From Gammaproteobacteria bacterium (GTDB taxonomy: Bacteria > Pseudomonadota > Gammaproteobacteria > JBCCGL01): a stretch of DNA of 64,000 nucleotides. The position numbers and the translations under genes are program-made. The stretch covers positions 1,856,001 through 1,920,000 of the forward strand of contig OZ255836.1 in the NCBI GenBank assembly GCA_965277715.1, read 5' to 3'. The notes below the pieces were generated by a model. It was not told where the DNA came from and ran no database searches. It saw nothing but the letters and a program-made list of their open reading frames with translations. Positions 23,438-33,650 of this stretch are shown here, piece by piece; within the stretch, counting starts at the first letter, position 1, and every line of letters begins with the position of its first letter.

Positions 23438-23488
23438 AGTAGAGAGGATATTGATATCGATCCGATCCAGTTTCGGGTTCCCGGTCAC
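23438..23488 (-). pseudogene. N-terminal remnant of an Lrp/AsnC regulator
   Basis: RBS then GTG-TGNPKLDRIDINILST immediately after the HAD gene. Confidence 0.65.
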
Positions 23489-23507
23489 CTTCTTTCCTCT
23501 ACTTGAT

Positions 23508-24230
23508 TTAACGCCCCGATTCTATCTGATGCGCTTTAACCATGCCTATCATGCTGTTGAACTGAAAGTTATATATAGGCATCTCTCCAGGGTTCATAGT
23601 GGCGCCAAAGCCCTCCTTATCGTGACGGCGGTAAATCCAGCAATTTGCCAATCCGTGCTTGTTTGCAGGGGCATGATCGTGAAACATGCTTTCAGCGGTA
23701 TGCAGGATCTCATGTTTTTCGACCCCCTGTCGTTTCAGTGCCTCGATCATATATTCAAAGTTTCGGTCGTCGGGCTTGTAACTACCAATATCCTCAGCAG
23801 TGTAGACCCCATCGAACTGAACACCCAACCGGGCGTTAGAGCCGGAGAAGCTCAAATTGTCCGTATTGGTCAGAACGATCAGCTTATAGTGTGCTTTCAG
23901 ATAACTCAGTGCTTCAGCGCTATCAGAAAAAGCGGGCCACTGACGAACCGAAAGACCGTAGGCGACACATTCTTCCCAAGTCACCGCTACACCCCACTCC
24001 TCAGCGAGGCGGCGGTATACCACGGGGAGTAACTCATAATATTTCTTCTCGGGTGTCCAGCGTTGCGTGGTCGACTCATAGTAAGCGTGAGCTTCCAGTA
24101 TGTCGTTTCGGGTCAAACTACGGGAGACTCGATCAGTCAGCGGCTTCAGGCCAGCAACCATACCGCTTTCCCAGTCGATCAGCGTTCCGTATACATCAAA
24201 AACCAACGCCTTATAATCACTCAATTTCAT
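23508..24230 (-). CDS. Haloacid dehalogenase type II (HAD hydrolase)
   Basis: FDVYGTLIDWE, TAEDIGSYKP and HTAESMFHD motifs. Confidence 0.92.
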   Translation of the reverse strand: MKLSDYKALVFDVYGTLIDWESGMVAGLKPLTDRVSRSLTRNDILEAHAYYESTTQRWTPEKKYYELLPVVYRRLAEEWGVAVTWEECVAYGLSVRQWPAFSDSAEALSYLKAHYKLIVLTNTDNLSFSGSNARLGVQFDGVYTAEDIGSYKPDDRNFEYMIEALKRQGVEKHEILHTAESMFHDHAPANKHGLANCWIYRRHDKEGFGATMNPGEMPIYNFQFNSMIGMVKAHQIESGR

Positions 24231-24483
24231 ACCTTACCCCTTGATACCCAGCATTGTATTAAAGTAGCAGCGAAAATATTCTGTTACATAGAAAAAACGC
24301 AGCATTTGTAAAGCCTACCTCACTACAATGGCCAAAAAACCCAGAATCATTTGGTATTTAAAAATAATCCACTAAAATTTGATCCTGGGCGGCATAATAT
24401 TTTCTACCCCTTCTTTTATATTTTACGCTTCTGCCTATGCTTGACCAACTTCAATTCAGCACGCCCAGTAGTACTCATCCATA

Positions 24484-25764
24484 TTAAGCAGCAATCCAAC
24501 TTTGGTTTAGCGCCGAGACACCAAGCCCTTGCGAGACGCTGACAAACTTTTCACCCACCAGCACTTCGCTGGTTGGAAATTTATTTTGAAACTGCCGCCT
24601 CAAATATCTGATGGATGTAGACCCCCCCGTAAAATAAATAGCGGTGATGTCAGATTTTTTTATTCCCGAGTTATTAACCAACTGCCCAGCGCATGCCACG
24701 ATTTTTTCAATACACACCATCAATGCATCAGACAAAATAGATTCAGATAAATACGACACCAGTTTGCTTTCAACAAAATCGAGATCAATTTGCACATCAC
24801 CGCCTTCTGAAACACCTATTTTTGCCACTTCGACTGCATCTATTATCCTATGACCCAGCCTATTCTGGAGCGCCCGCATAAGTCGTTCATGCATTTTTAC
24901 ATCGGCAAACTCAGAGCGCATCTCCTTGACTCTACTGATTTCGACCTTGTTATACAGTGTGTTGATTTCGTGCCAGGTCGAGAGGACAGAATAAACATTG
25001 CCCGGAAGTACCCTGCCGAATTTGCCGATAGCGCCAAAACCCAGAGTTTTCATGGCAGAACGGAGGCTTAAATAGTAATCAAAATCGGTGCCTGCAATAT
25101 GGATACCCGCCGTTCCAATCACACTTTTAGCGCGGTTTTCCTCACCCTTGAACGAAGGCCCCAGGTGCAGCAGTGAAAAATCAGATGTGCCGCCACCGAT
25201 GTCCACGATTAAAACAATTTTATCTTCATTAAGCCCCACTTCGTAATCCAATGCGGCGGCAATAGGTTCATATTGAAAACTTACTGCGTTAAAACCAATT
25301 GCGTTGACAATGCGCCTCAGGGTTACCTCGGCGTATTTATCCCGTTCCTCGTCGTCATTCACGAAGTGAACCGGGCGGCCCAGAATCACCTGCTCAACAC
25401 TGCTGCCCATAAATGACTCGGCTTTCTCTTTGATGTGTGACAAAAATAATTCTATAACGCGTCTGTGCTGAATCAACCCACCGCGCACCGCCGTTGATTC
25501 GTTTATCAACCTACTGCCCAGCACACTTTTCAGGGATTTCATCAAGCGGCCATTTGTTTCTAATTTGTACTCATCGATAGCGGCCGTTCCATACACAACG
25601 CCCAGTTTCTCGGCGCTGAAAAATATTGCGCTTGGAATAATCGGGTTGTTCCCTTCGAGCGGAATGACAGTAATCCTGCCATCTTGAACCCAGCAGGCTG
25701 AAGAGTTCGTCGTTCCAAAATCAATACACAGTATCGGTTTATCTGTTGTAATCATATAGGTCAT
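24484..25764 (-). CDS. yegD: Hsp70-family chaperone, YegD-like
   Basis: IDFGTTNS, GRLMKSLKS, GRPVHF, QYEPIAAA and DIGGGTSDFS motifs; start uncertain (25755-25797). Confidence 0.85.
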   Translation of the reverse strand: MTYMITTDKPILCIDFGTTNSSACWVQDGRITVIPLEGNNPIIPSAIFFSAEKLGVVYGTAAIDEYKLETNGRLMKSLKSVLGSRLINESTAVRGGLIQHRRVIELFLSHIKEKAESFMGSSVEQVILGRPVHFVNDDEERDKYAEVTLRRIVNAIGFNAVSFQYEPIAAALDYEVGLNEDKIVLIVDIGGGTSDFSLLHLGPSFKGEENRAKSVIGTAGIHIAGTDFDYYLSLRSAMKTLGFGAIGKFGRVLPGNVYSVLSTWHEINTLYNKVEISRVKEMRSEFADVKMHERLMRALQNRLGHRIIDAVEVAKIGVSEGGDVQIDLDFVESKLVSYLSESILSDALMVCIEKIVACAGQLVNNSGIKKSDITAIYFTGGSTSIRYLRRQFQNKFPTSEVLVGEKFVSVSQGLGVSALNQSWIAA

Positions 25765-26048
25765 CACCAATCGCAATACAGAATCCACTGGATACATTTA
25801 TCCTGTTCTTTGCAGTTGCCTATTTTACAATTATTTCAACTAATGTGGTTTATGTAAGTATTAAATAATACAAAACCCTGCCCACTAGAAAAAGAGTAGA
25901 CGTTAGCTCACCTTTTATGAATCTTTGTATTTATTCGTGGTGCTATAGGGATTTGGTTCGCGAGGCGAGTGAAACCCAATACGCCCGACATTATCTGAAT
26001 AAAAACAGAAACTGAGCAAACCACCCATCAATTCAAAACTGGAAAATA

Positions 26049-27746
26049 CTAATGAGACACTCCATTAAACACCTCTTCACCTCGTAATATTGTCATTGTA
26101 ACAACGGCCTTTTCAACTGCATCAGCACTCACATTAACAATACTGCGATCAAGCAACACAAAATCTGCAGATTTGCCCACTTCAATAGAGCCTGTAATCG
26201 CCTCCAACCCCAACGCACTCGCACCATTAATCGTCGCTGCGCGAATCGCGGTGTGAATATCAGGCAACCCTTTGGTGTTTTTAAGCCGCAAAGAATTGGC
26301 AATGGCAACAAGCGGGTTTAGCGGGTTCACAGTCCAGTCACTGCTAAAAGTGACATTTGCACCTGTTTCAAATACCGCCCGCATCGGCATCATGCGTTTG
26401 GCTTTTTCACTACCAATATAAAACCTCGCCCAATGCGTTTGAGCGAAGTATTCAGCACCGGCCTGAAAATCAGCGTGCACGTTGAGTTGCGCAAACCGAG
26501 CATAATCGTCTGGATCGATAAGTTCCAAATGCGTCATACTGTAAATCGCTTCAGAACCTGCGGCGCGTGCTTGTTCGATAGCGTCGAGCACTTCGCGCAC
26601 ACCGCCATCGCCGATGGCATGCACATGCGCACCGTAGCCAATCCTGTCCAGGTCAACCAACAACTGTGACAACTTATCGGGCTGGATATAATTGAGCCCG
26701 TACGGCAAGCCCTCCTGCCAACTTTCTCGATAAGGTGCCAGCATTTTTGCCGTCCCAAAATGCAAAACACCATCGATATACATTTTGACTTGATCGACGA
26801 TAAGTAAACTACCGGGGTCACCGCTATGGATTGTTTTGAGATAAGCCAATTGCTCGTCAAAATCTATCCCTGGATAAATCCACGGGCGCAGTGAAGTGCG
26901 CACAATCACCGCATTATCCTGTAACGCTTTCTGCCAGACTGCATACCAACCACGCCGCCAGTACAAACGACCATCGCCGATAGTGGTAATACCGTTGCTG
27001 ACGGCTTCATCCATACCCGCGATCAAACCATCGTAGCTGGCATCGAATTTGTCACTGAGACTATTCCACGCCAATTCCATAACAATATCACCCGCATTGT
27101 CGAACAAAATGCCGTTCGGGCGGTCATCGCTGCCGAATAAAATAGTGCCACCTTGTGGGTTCGGTGTATTTTCATCAAACCCCACCAGCGCCAACGCCTT
27201 CGAGTTAACTAACATCGAATGCGATGATTCCTCCATGATCACGACAGGGTTTTCAGGAAAGTATTCGTCCAGAATACTGCGCGGATTAGCCGATGGATTG
27301 TTTTGTAACAGCGTATCGAGCTGGTGACCGTAGCCAATCACCCATTCACCAGGGCCGCTAATGGATTGTTGGCAGTCCTGCAAAAACCGCACCTGACCGT
27401 TTAATGTGCGATCCCGTGACAACTCACAACCGCCACCCACTTCAGACGCACCCTCAAACACATGGTTATGTGTATCGATAAAACCCGGCATTAACATCTG
27501 CCCCTGCAAGTCAATTACCTCGGTTTTCTGTTTAATGTACGCTGTCACATTGGCGTCATCACCTACAAAGATAATTTTCCCATCCTCTACGGCCACAGCC
27601 GTGGCAGTGGGTTGTTTCTCATTAACTGTGTAAACAATGGCATTGTGGTAAACCGTATCTGCCGCCTGACATAACCCGGCAAAAAACACCGCACACAGTA
27701 CAAACGGCATACACGCACAATACCGCCTATCAGTGATCAATTTCAT
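26049..27746 (-). CDS. Amidohydrolase_3 (YtcJ-like) with signal peptide
   Basis: PGFIDTHNH, HAIGD, SSDW and GSIEVGKSADFV motifs. Confidence 0.9.
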   Translation of the reverse strand: MKLITDRRYCACMPFVLCAVFFAGLCQAADTVYHNAIVYTVNEKQPTATAVAVEDGKIIFVGDDANVTAYIKQKTEVIDLQGQMLMPGFIDTHNHVFEGASEVGGGCELSRDRTLNGQVRFLQDCQQSISGPGEWVIGYGHQLDTLLQNNPSANPRSILDEYFPENPVVIMEESSHSMLVNSKALALVGFDENTPNPQGGTILFGSDDRPNGILFDNAGDIVMELAWNSLSDKFDASYDGLIAGMDEAVSNGITTIGDGRLYWRRGWYAVWQKALQDNAVIVRTSLRPWIYPGIDFDEQLAYLKTIHSGDPGSLLIVDQVKMYIDGVLHFGTAKMLAPYRESWQEGLPYGLNYIQPDKLSQLLVDLDRIGYGAHVHAIGDGGVREVLDAIEQARAAGSEAIYSMTHLELIDPDDYARFAQLNVHADFQAGAEYFAQTHWARFYIGSEKAKRMMPMRAVFETGANVTFSSDWTVNPLNPLVAIANSLRLKNTKGLPDIHTAIRAATINGASALGLEAITGSIEVGKSADFVLLDRSIVNVSADAVEKAVVTMTILRGEEVFNGVSH

Positions 27747-27778
27747 TGCTACCTCTTTCTACCTTATTTCTCTTCTGT

Positions 27779-27873
27779 TCATCGAAAGTTCAGCCGCAGC
27801 ATTGCGAAAACTCAGGTGCCCGGCTCGCCTCGAACGCATAGAGCGCTTTAAATGAATACAGTTTTCGAGTCAT
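27779..27873 (-). pseudogene. N-terminal remnant of a LysR/GcvA-type regulator
   Basis: MTRKLYSFKALYAFEA, frameshift, then HLSFRNAAAELSM; divergent from the desaturase. Confidence 0.75.
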
Positions 27874-28004
27874 CCATACATCAATTTTTTTAATCTATAC
27901 GGCTAATTTTTTCATTTGCGGAATAAATATTATAGGCAATATACTCATGCGCCTAGCGTTTCGTTTCCAACGTGCACACTTTAGTAAGTTAAATAGTTGA
28001 CGCC

Positions 28005-29015
28005 ATGAGCACTTCTTCCCAGCAATCGTCGAAAAACAGCAACACCCCCAAGCAGGCATGGCATTACACGCCCGCGCTACCCTTACAGGTTTCACCGTAT
28101 TTCCGTCGTCCGTTCAATCTGTGGCATATCGCCCAATGGATTCTCGGTAGCTGGTTTCCGGTGTCCGAACGCCTGATCATATTGATACTGGCAATTATCT
28201 CCTGGGCCTATTTTCACCCTGCGCTGGCACGTTGCCAGAATTTCGCCCCTGACTGGATCGCCCAGATCTACCTGCGCAACCTGGTGTTGATGTGTGTCGT
28301 CGCTGGTGGTTTGCACCTGTATTTTTATACGTTTCGCTGCCAGGGTGATGAACGCCGATACGACGCCCGCCCGCTACCCACAAAGAATCGAAAATTCACC
28401 TTCAATTCCCAGGTAAGGGATAACATGTTCTGGTCTATTGTGAGTGGCGTTACAATTTGGACGGCTTACGAATCACTTATGATGTGGGCAATGGCAAACA
28501 GCTACATCCCAACACTCTCCGCGACTGAAGACCTACCCTGGTTGATACTTATGATCCTGCTGCTACCAATCTGGGAGACTGTCCATTTCTTTCTGATCCA
28601 TCGATTGATCCATTGGCCGCCCCTGTTTCGCAGGGTACATGCGCTGCATCACCGCAATGTCAATGTCGGCCCTTGGTCTGGCCTGTCCATGCACCCCGTT
28701 GAGCACTTGATTTACCTGAGCACGGTGTTGATCCATTGGGTGGTGCCCACCAGCCCCCTGTTCATTATCTACCACCTTCAATACTTTACCCTAACGGCGG
28801 CGACGACCCATACCGGCTACCAGGGCATCGTCATCGGTGGCAAAGTAGTACTGCCACTCGGTACATTTCACCACCAAATGCATCATCGTTATTACGAATG
28901 TAACTATGGCGGGCTTGAAATCCCTTGGGACCACTGGACAGGCTCGTTCCATAACGGCACCGATGCATCGCACCTCGCATTTCTTCAACGCCGAAGGAGA
29001 CAAATGCGTGGTTAG
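28005..29015 (+). CDS. Sterol desaturase / fatty acid hydroxylase family protein
   Basis: His boxes HRLIH, HALHH, HPVEH and HHQMHH; membrane segments. Confidence 0.9.
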   Translation: MSTSSQQSSKNSNTPKQAWHYTPALPLQVSPYFRRPFNLWHIAQWILGSWFPVSERLIILILAIISWAYFHPALARCQNFAPDWIAQIYLRNLVLMCVVAGGLHLYFYTFRCQGDERRYDARPLPTKNRKFTFNSQVRDNMFWSIVSGVTIWTAYESLMMWAMANSYIPTLSATEDLPWLILMILLLPIWETVHFFLIHRLIHWPPLFRRVHALHHRNVNVGPWSGLSMHPVEHLIYLSTVLIHWVVPTSPLFIIYHLQYFTLTAATTHTGYQGIVIGGKVVLPLGTFHHQMHHRYYECNYGGLEIPWDHWTGSFHNGTDASHLAFLQRRRRQMRG

Positions 29016-29134
29016 TACCCCCTTATCCTTTAAGTCTGGGGTGAATAGCCGCTAAAAAACGCACATTTTGCAAAGGACTCTATAGACAGGCCCTGTCGCG
29101 ATCAATTACCTTGCCCCGCTTATAAATAAGAAAA

Positions 29135-31963
29135 GTGATACGCGTGAAAATTCTCTTGTATAACAGGCTCAACCCCCACCAGATAACAGGGTTTGCCAAA
29201 TTCCGCGCCGCTATTGAGGCAGATAACCTTATCGGTGCCGATGTGCGAAAAGTAGGCGACAATCTGTTTCGCGCCAAACTCAACCGCAAAGACCGACTGC
29301 TCTTTTCCCTGTACCGCTATAACGATGAATGTTATTGCCTGGTATTAGAGTTTTTAGCCAACCACGCCTACGAAAAATCCCGCTTTTTAGCCGGAAAAAC
29401 CATCGTTGATGATACCTTAGTACCCGCCGAACCACTGCCGACAGTGGAGCAGGTAACGGCGATAAGCTACCTCAATCCGGCCAGTGGCCAGTTCAACCTG
29501 CTCGACAAGATACTGTCATTTGACGATGCGCAACAGGCGATTTACCAGTTGCCGCCGCCGCTTGTCATAATCGGTTCGGCCGGGAGCGGCAAAACCGCGC
29601 TGGTGCTGGAAAAAATGAAACAGGCGGTAGGCGACATACTATACGTAAGCCTATCGTCCTTTCTGGTTGAAAGTGCGCGAAACCTGTATTTTGCCAACAA
29701 CTACCAGAACGAGGATCAGGAAATAGAATTTCTTTCCTTTCGGGAATTTCTGGAAAGTATTCAAGTACCGGAAGGGCGTGAAATAACGCAACGGGATTTT
29801 GAGGGTTGGTTGCAACGCCACAGACCCGGTCGTGGAATTAACGATTCCCATAAGTTATTCGAGGAATTTCGCGGCGTGATCACCGGCCCCGATACCGAAA
29901 AACCCTGGCTGGAGCGGGAGGATTATCTGGCCCTGGGAGTTAAACAATCCATTTTCGCCGAAGAGGAACGCCCACAAGTCTACGATCTATTTGAAAAATA
30001 CCAAAAGCATCTGCAACAGGAAATGCTATTCGATACGAACATAATCAGCCATCACTACCAGGAAAAAGTCAGCGCACGTTACGATTTTGTCGTCGTCGAT
30101 GAAGTACAGGATTTAACCAATATCCAATTGTTTCTTATTCTTAAAGCCCTGCGTACGGCGAGCGGTTTTTTACTTTGTGGCGATTCCAACCAAATAGTAC
30201 ACCCCAATTTTTTTTCCTGGTCAAAGGTGAAGACCCTGTTTTTTCAAAACCGGGGAATAGCCGGTCAAAGCGAGGTAGTGCGGGTATTGAACGCCAATTA
30301 CCGCAACTCACCGCTGATTACCCAGATTGCCAACCGCATACTCAAACTTAAACAGGCACGCTTTGGTTCCATTGATAAAGAAAGCAATTATCTGGTGACC
30401 GCCATCAGTGCTAAACACGGCGCTTTGCAACTGCTGCCAGACGACGACAAAACCAAGTACGACCTGGATGCGAAAACCCGCCACTCCACACAATTCGCTG
30501 TTCTGGTGATGCACCCGGAGCAAAAACAGCAGGCGCGTCGCTGGTTTAATACACCGCTGGTGTTTTCCATCCAGGAGGCCAAAGGCCTGGAATACGACAG
30601 CATTATCCTGTTTAACTTTATCAGCGATGAAGACAAGGCTTTTCGTGAGATTGCCAGAGGTATTGACCCTGGCGAACTCGACAAAGACAGCCTGGATTAC
30701 CGCCGGGTCAAAGATAAAAAAGACCGCTCGCTGGAGGTCTACAAATTTTATATTAACGCCCTATACGTGGCGATAACCCGCGCCGTACACAACCTTTACG
30801 TTATCGAAGCCAAGGACGCCGCCGCGCTGATAAAGCTGCTTAAATTATCCGATTTCGGCGGCGAACTGGCGGTGGAACAACAAAAATCCAGCTTACAGGA
30901 ATGGCAAAAAGAAGCGCGCAAGCTGGAACTGCAGGGCAAGCAGGAACAGGCAGACGATATTCGCAGCCGCATTTTACAGCAAGTACCCGTGCCCTGGCCG
31001 GTGCTGACGAGAGAGGCGTTCACCACCCTGTTCGAGAAAGAACAAGCCGGGGAAACCAACAAAAAACAGCGATTGCAGTTATTGGAATACGCTCAACTTT
31101 ACTGCCACAGACCCGCACTCAAGAGCCTGCACGTGGCTGGTTTCAAGGCAGTCAACCAAGGGGAAAAAAAGTGTTTAAAGCAGCTCTACCGCAACCATTA
31201 CCTAAAATACGATTTAAAACACTTTGGGGCCGTGTTGCTTGAGACGGAAAAATTCGGCATTGACCACCGCACCGTGTTCAACCTGACGCCATTGATGGTG
31301 GCGACGCGACTGGGCAATACCGGCCTCGTAAAAGCCTTGCTGGAGCGTGGGGCCAACAGCGCGCTATTGGCCAGCAACGGCTTTAACGCGCTACAGATTT
31401 CACTGGAAATGGCACTCACCGATGAACACTATTCGAGAGAGAAAATCGCCGCAATTTATCCCCTGTTATCCCCTGACAGCCTATCTATACAGGTGGATGG
31501 GCGTTTAATTAAAGTAGACAACCGTTTGATGGGATTTTTTTTGATCAACGTGATGATCGCTCTGTTTTACCGCTACCTGGGCAGTTCGAAATTTCGGGGG
31601 CGGGGGTTTAACGCGAAACAACTGACCGACACCCTGGCGATGCTGCCGGAGAGCATCTTGCCGAAACGCCGTAAGCAACACCAGTACATCAGCAGTATTT
31701 TATCCGGTAACGAAGTATTCCGGGAAAGCAATTACAACCGTAAGTTGTTTCGCCGCCTGGAAAGGGGCTACTACACTATCAACCCCAACCTCAAGCTACG
31801 CATTGGCGAGGCCTGGGTGGCCGTGCACGATGTGTATCGTTTGGAAGATCTCGGAGCAGAATATATTGACATGAAACACAACTACTTTGACTTAAATGAA
31901 TTGGCTCAGAATGTCATCAATAGGTTTCGTCAACATGTACGGGATATGATTGAAGAAACATAA
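29135..31963 (+). CDS. SF1 UvrD-like helicase with N-terminal RelE/ParE-like domain and an ankyrin repeat
   Basis: GSAGSGKT, DEVQD, GDSNQ, NYRNS, AKGLEYD and YVAITRA motifs; ankyrin TPLMVATRLGNTGLVKALLERGAN; N-terminal 'LFRAKLNRKDRLLF'. Start may be GTG 29144. Confidence 0.85.
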   Translation: MIRVKILLYNRLNPHQITGFAKFRAAIEADNLIGADVRKVGDNLFRAKLNRKDRLLFSLYRYNDECYCLVLEFLANHAYEKSRFLAGKTIVDDTLVPAEPLPTVEQVTAISYLNPASGQFNLLDKILSFDDAQQAIYQLPPPLVIIGSAGSGKTALVLEKMKQAVGDILYVSLSSFLVESARNLYFANNYQNEDQEIEFLSFREFLESIQVPEGREITQRDFEGWLQRHRPGRGINDSHKLFEEFRGVITGPDTEKPWLEREDYLALGVKQSIFAEEERPQVYDLFEKYQKHLQQEMLFDTNIISHHYQEKVSARYDFVVVDEVQDLTNIQLFLILKALRTASGFLLCGDSNQIVHPNFFSWSKVKTLFFQNRGIAGQSEVVRVLNANYRNSPLITQIANRILKLKQARFGSIDKESNYLVTAISAKHGALQLLPDDDKTKYDLDAKTRHSTQFAVLVMHPEQKQQARRWFNTPLVFSIQEAKGLEYDSIILFNFISDEDKAFREIARGIDPGELDKDSLDYRRVKDKKDRSLEVYKFYINALYVAITRAVHNLYVIEAKDAAALIKLLKLSDFGGELAVEQQKSSLQEWQKEARKLELQGKQEQADDIRSRILQQVPVPWPVLTREAFTTLFEKEQAGETNKKQRLQLLEYAQLYCHRPALKSLHVAGFKAVNQGEKKCLKQLYRNHYLKYDLKHFGAVLLETEKFGIDHRTVFNLTPLMVATRLGNTGLVKALLERGANSALLASNGFNALQISLEMALTDEHYSREKIAAIYPLLSPDSLSIQVDGRLIKVDNRLMGFFLINVMIALFYRYLGSSKFRGRGFNAKQLTDTLAMLPESILPKRRKQHQYISSILSGNEVFRESNYNRKLFRRLERGYYTINPNLKLRIGEAWVAVHDVYRLEDLGAEYIDMKHNYFDLNELAQNVINRFRQHVRDMIEET

Positions 31964-32114
31964 GGTGCGACGATGCGCCGGGGCGCTCCCCGATCCTGGC
32001 CGTCTTCCTTATCACCTAAAAGTATTGACGCCTTTAATTTCTAAAAAACCAACTTCATTAGCCTTTACTGTATTACTAACTAGCATTATTGATTTTTTTG
32101 CATAGAATAATGTC

Positions 32115-32390
32115 ATGATCACCTTAAACACACCACTCAAAGATATGGGCCGTAGCTTACGCGCGGCCCGCAAGCGCCGCTTCCCCAACGATACCCAGGC
32201 AGATTTCTCCCGCCGTATCAGCGTGAGCCGTTACACCTATCAAAAAATGGAACAAGGCAACACCTCGGTAACCTTTGGGCACTACTACCAAGCCGCTGTT
32301 TTGCTCGGCTGCGCGGAGCGTTTCAACACCTTCTTCGACCAGGTACAGCGTGGCCTGTTTGAAGAGTTTGCCGAGCTTCATGCTGAGTAA
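32115..32390 (+). CDS. XRE/HTH protein, HipB-like antitoxin
   Basis: LRAARKRR..TQADFSRRISVSRYTYQKMEQG; overlaps the hipA start. Confidence 0.85.
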   Translation: MITLNTPLKDMGRSLRAARKRRFPNDTQADFSRRISVSRYTYQKMEQGNTSVTFGHYYQAAVLLGCAERFNTFFDQVQRGLFEEFAELHAE

Positions 32391-33594
32391 ACCCTATACC
32401 TATTGGTGGGTCAGCCCAGGGGGAGCCCTGCATTCGGTAGCCGACGCCATTTTGCAAACCGATGGCCGTGGGCGCTTTGTGCGTTTCGCGCTGCGCTACC
32501 ACAGCGATTACCTTAACCTTGCCGATAGCCCGGCACTCAACCCCGTGCACTGCCCCAAAAGCATCGACACATTTGAATGGCCCGGCCCCGATATACCCGC
32601 CGTTTTGGATGAGGTTTTACCCGGCGTGTGGGAACGAAAACTCCTGCTGCGCTGGTGGCAACACCGGGGAGACCGTCGTGATGCCGATGACTTACACGCC
32701 GTATTGAGCCATCGCCAGCAGTTCCCTATCGGTGCCTGGACACTACTCGAAAAAGGCCACACCCCCGTTATCAGTCCGGGGCGGAATATAGAAGAACTGG
32801 GCGAGTTAACCACTGAGGCCGGGAAAGTAGCAATCGCCGCAGACCCCGAAGCCCATGCCCTGGATCGTTTGTTTAACGGTTCCAGCGTAGGTGGCGCCCG
32901 CCCCAAGACTCTGGTATTCGATCACAATAGCAAGCGTCACTGGCTGGCAAAGTTTTCGCGTAAAGAGGATGCTTTCAACCACGTGCGTGTGGAATATGCC
33001 TGCCTGCGTTTGGCTGCAATCTGCGGCCTATCAGTACCGCAGGTAAATATTTGTAACGCGGGCCGGGAAATTCTGTTAGTCGAACGCTTTGATACCAGCG
33101 CAAAGGGACGCTATGCAATCATATCCGCCAACGCACTGCTAAAAGATACCCGCAACCAGGCAGATAAACTGCACGCCAGCTATAACGACCTAATCCATCT
33201 GGTTCAAACGCATTCAGAACAGGTGAGTCAAGATTTAAAACAACTGTTCTCGCAAATGTTATTTAACAATTGCATCAACAATCGCGATGACCATTTGAGG
33301 AATTTTTCTTTTTTGCACACAGGTAGCGGCTGGCGGTTGTCGCCTGCCTACGACCTGGTACCGTCTGATTCGGCAGGTGCATACCCCATCCTGGACTTCA
33401 ACTACTCACCCGTGCTGCCCTCACTGGCACAGGCCACAAAAGTGGCCAGATACTTTCAGCTAAGCCCCTCAGAGGCTCGGGATACTGTGCAACAACTGAA
33501 GGATGGGCTGGCAGATTGGCAGGCACAGTTTTTACGTGATGAAGTGAGTAAAAGAGATATAAAGTTATTGTCCATGCTGTTTCATAACGCTTAA
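32380..33594 (+). CDS. hipA: HipA-family kinase toxin
   Basis: SVGGARPK, LAKF, VERFD, NRDDHLRNFSFL and LSPAYDL motifs; ATG 32380 overlaps the HTH gene. Confidence 0.92.
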   Translation: MLSKPYTYWWVSPGGALHSVADAILQTDGRGRFVRFALRYHSDYLNLADSPALNPVHCPKSIDTFEWPGPDIPAVLDEVLPGVWERKLLLRWWQHRGDRRDADDLHAVLSHRQQFPIGAWTLLEKGHTPVISPGRNIEELGELTTEAGKVAIAADPEAHALDRLFNGSSVGGARPKTLVFDHNSKRHWLAKFSRKEDAFNHVRVEYACLRLAAICGLSVPQVNICNAGREILLVERFDTSAKGRYAIISANALLKDTRNQADKLHASYNDLIHLVQTHSEQVSQDLKQLFSQMLFNNCINNRDDHLRNFSFLHTGSGWRLSPAYDLVPSDSAGAYPILDFNYSPVLPSLAQATKVARYFQLSPSEARDTVQQLKDGLADWQAQFLRDEVSKRDIKLLSMLFHNA

Positions 33595-33650
33595 CCCCAT
33601 GTATTAGCCAATAATAGACAGCGGGTGGAAAAGAGAATAATTATGGGCCA

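Noticed and set aside
16622-23488. One Lrp gene split by a 6.6-kb insertion
   Set aside because: The C-terminal part fits putR beside putA, while the N-terminal part follows the HAD gene; the middle is missing and no insertion ends are visible.
23304-24032. 242-aa plus-strand ORF
   Set aside because: Antisense shadow of the HAD gene and fragments.
32084-32112. CATTATT-N15-AATAATG HipB operator
   Set aside because: Plausible but short and in AT-rich DNA; not enough support.
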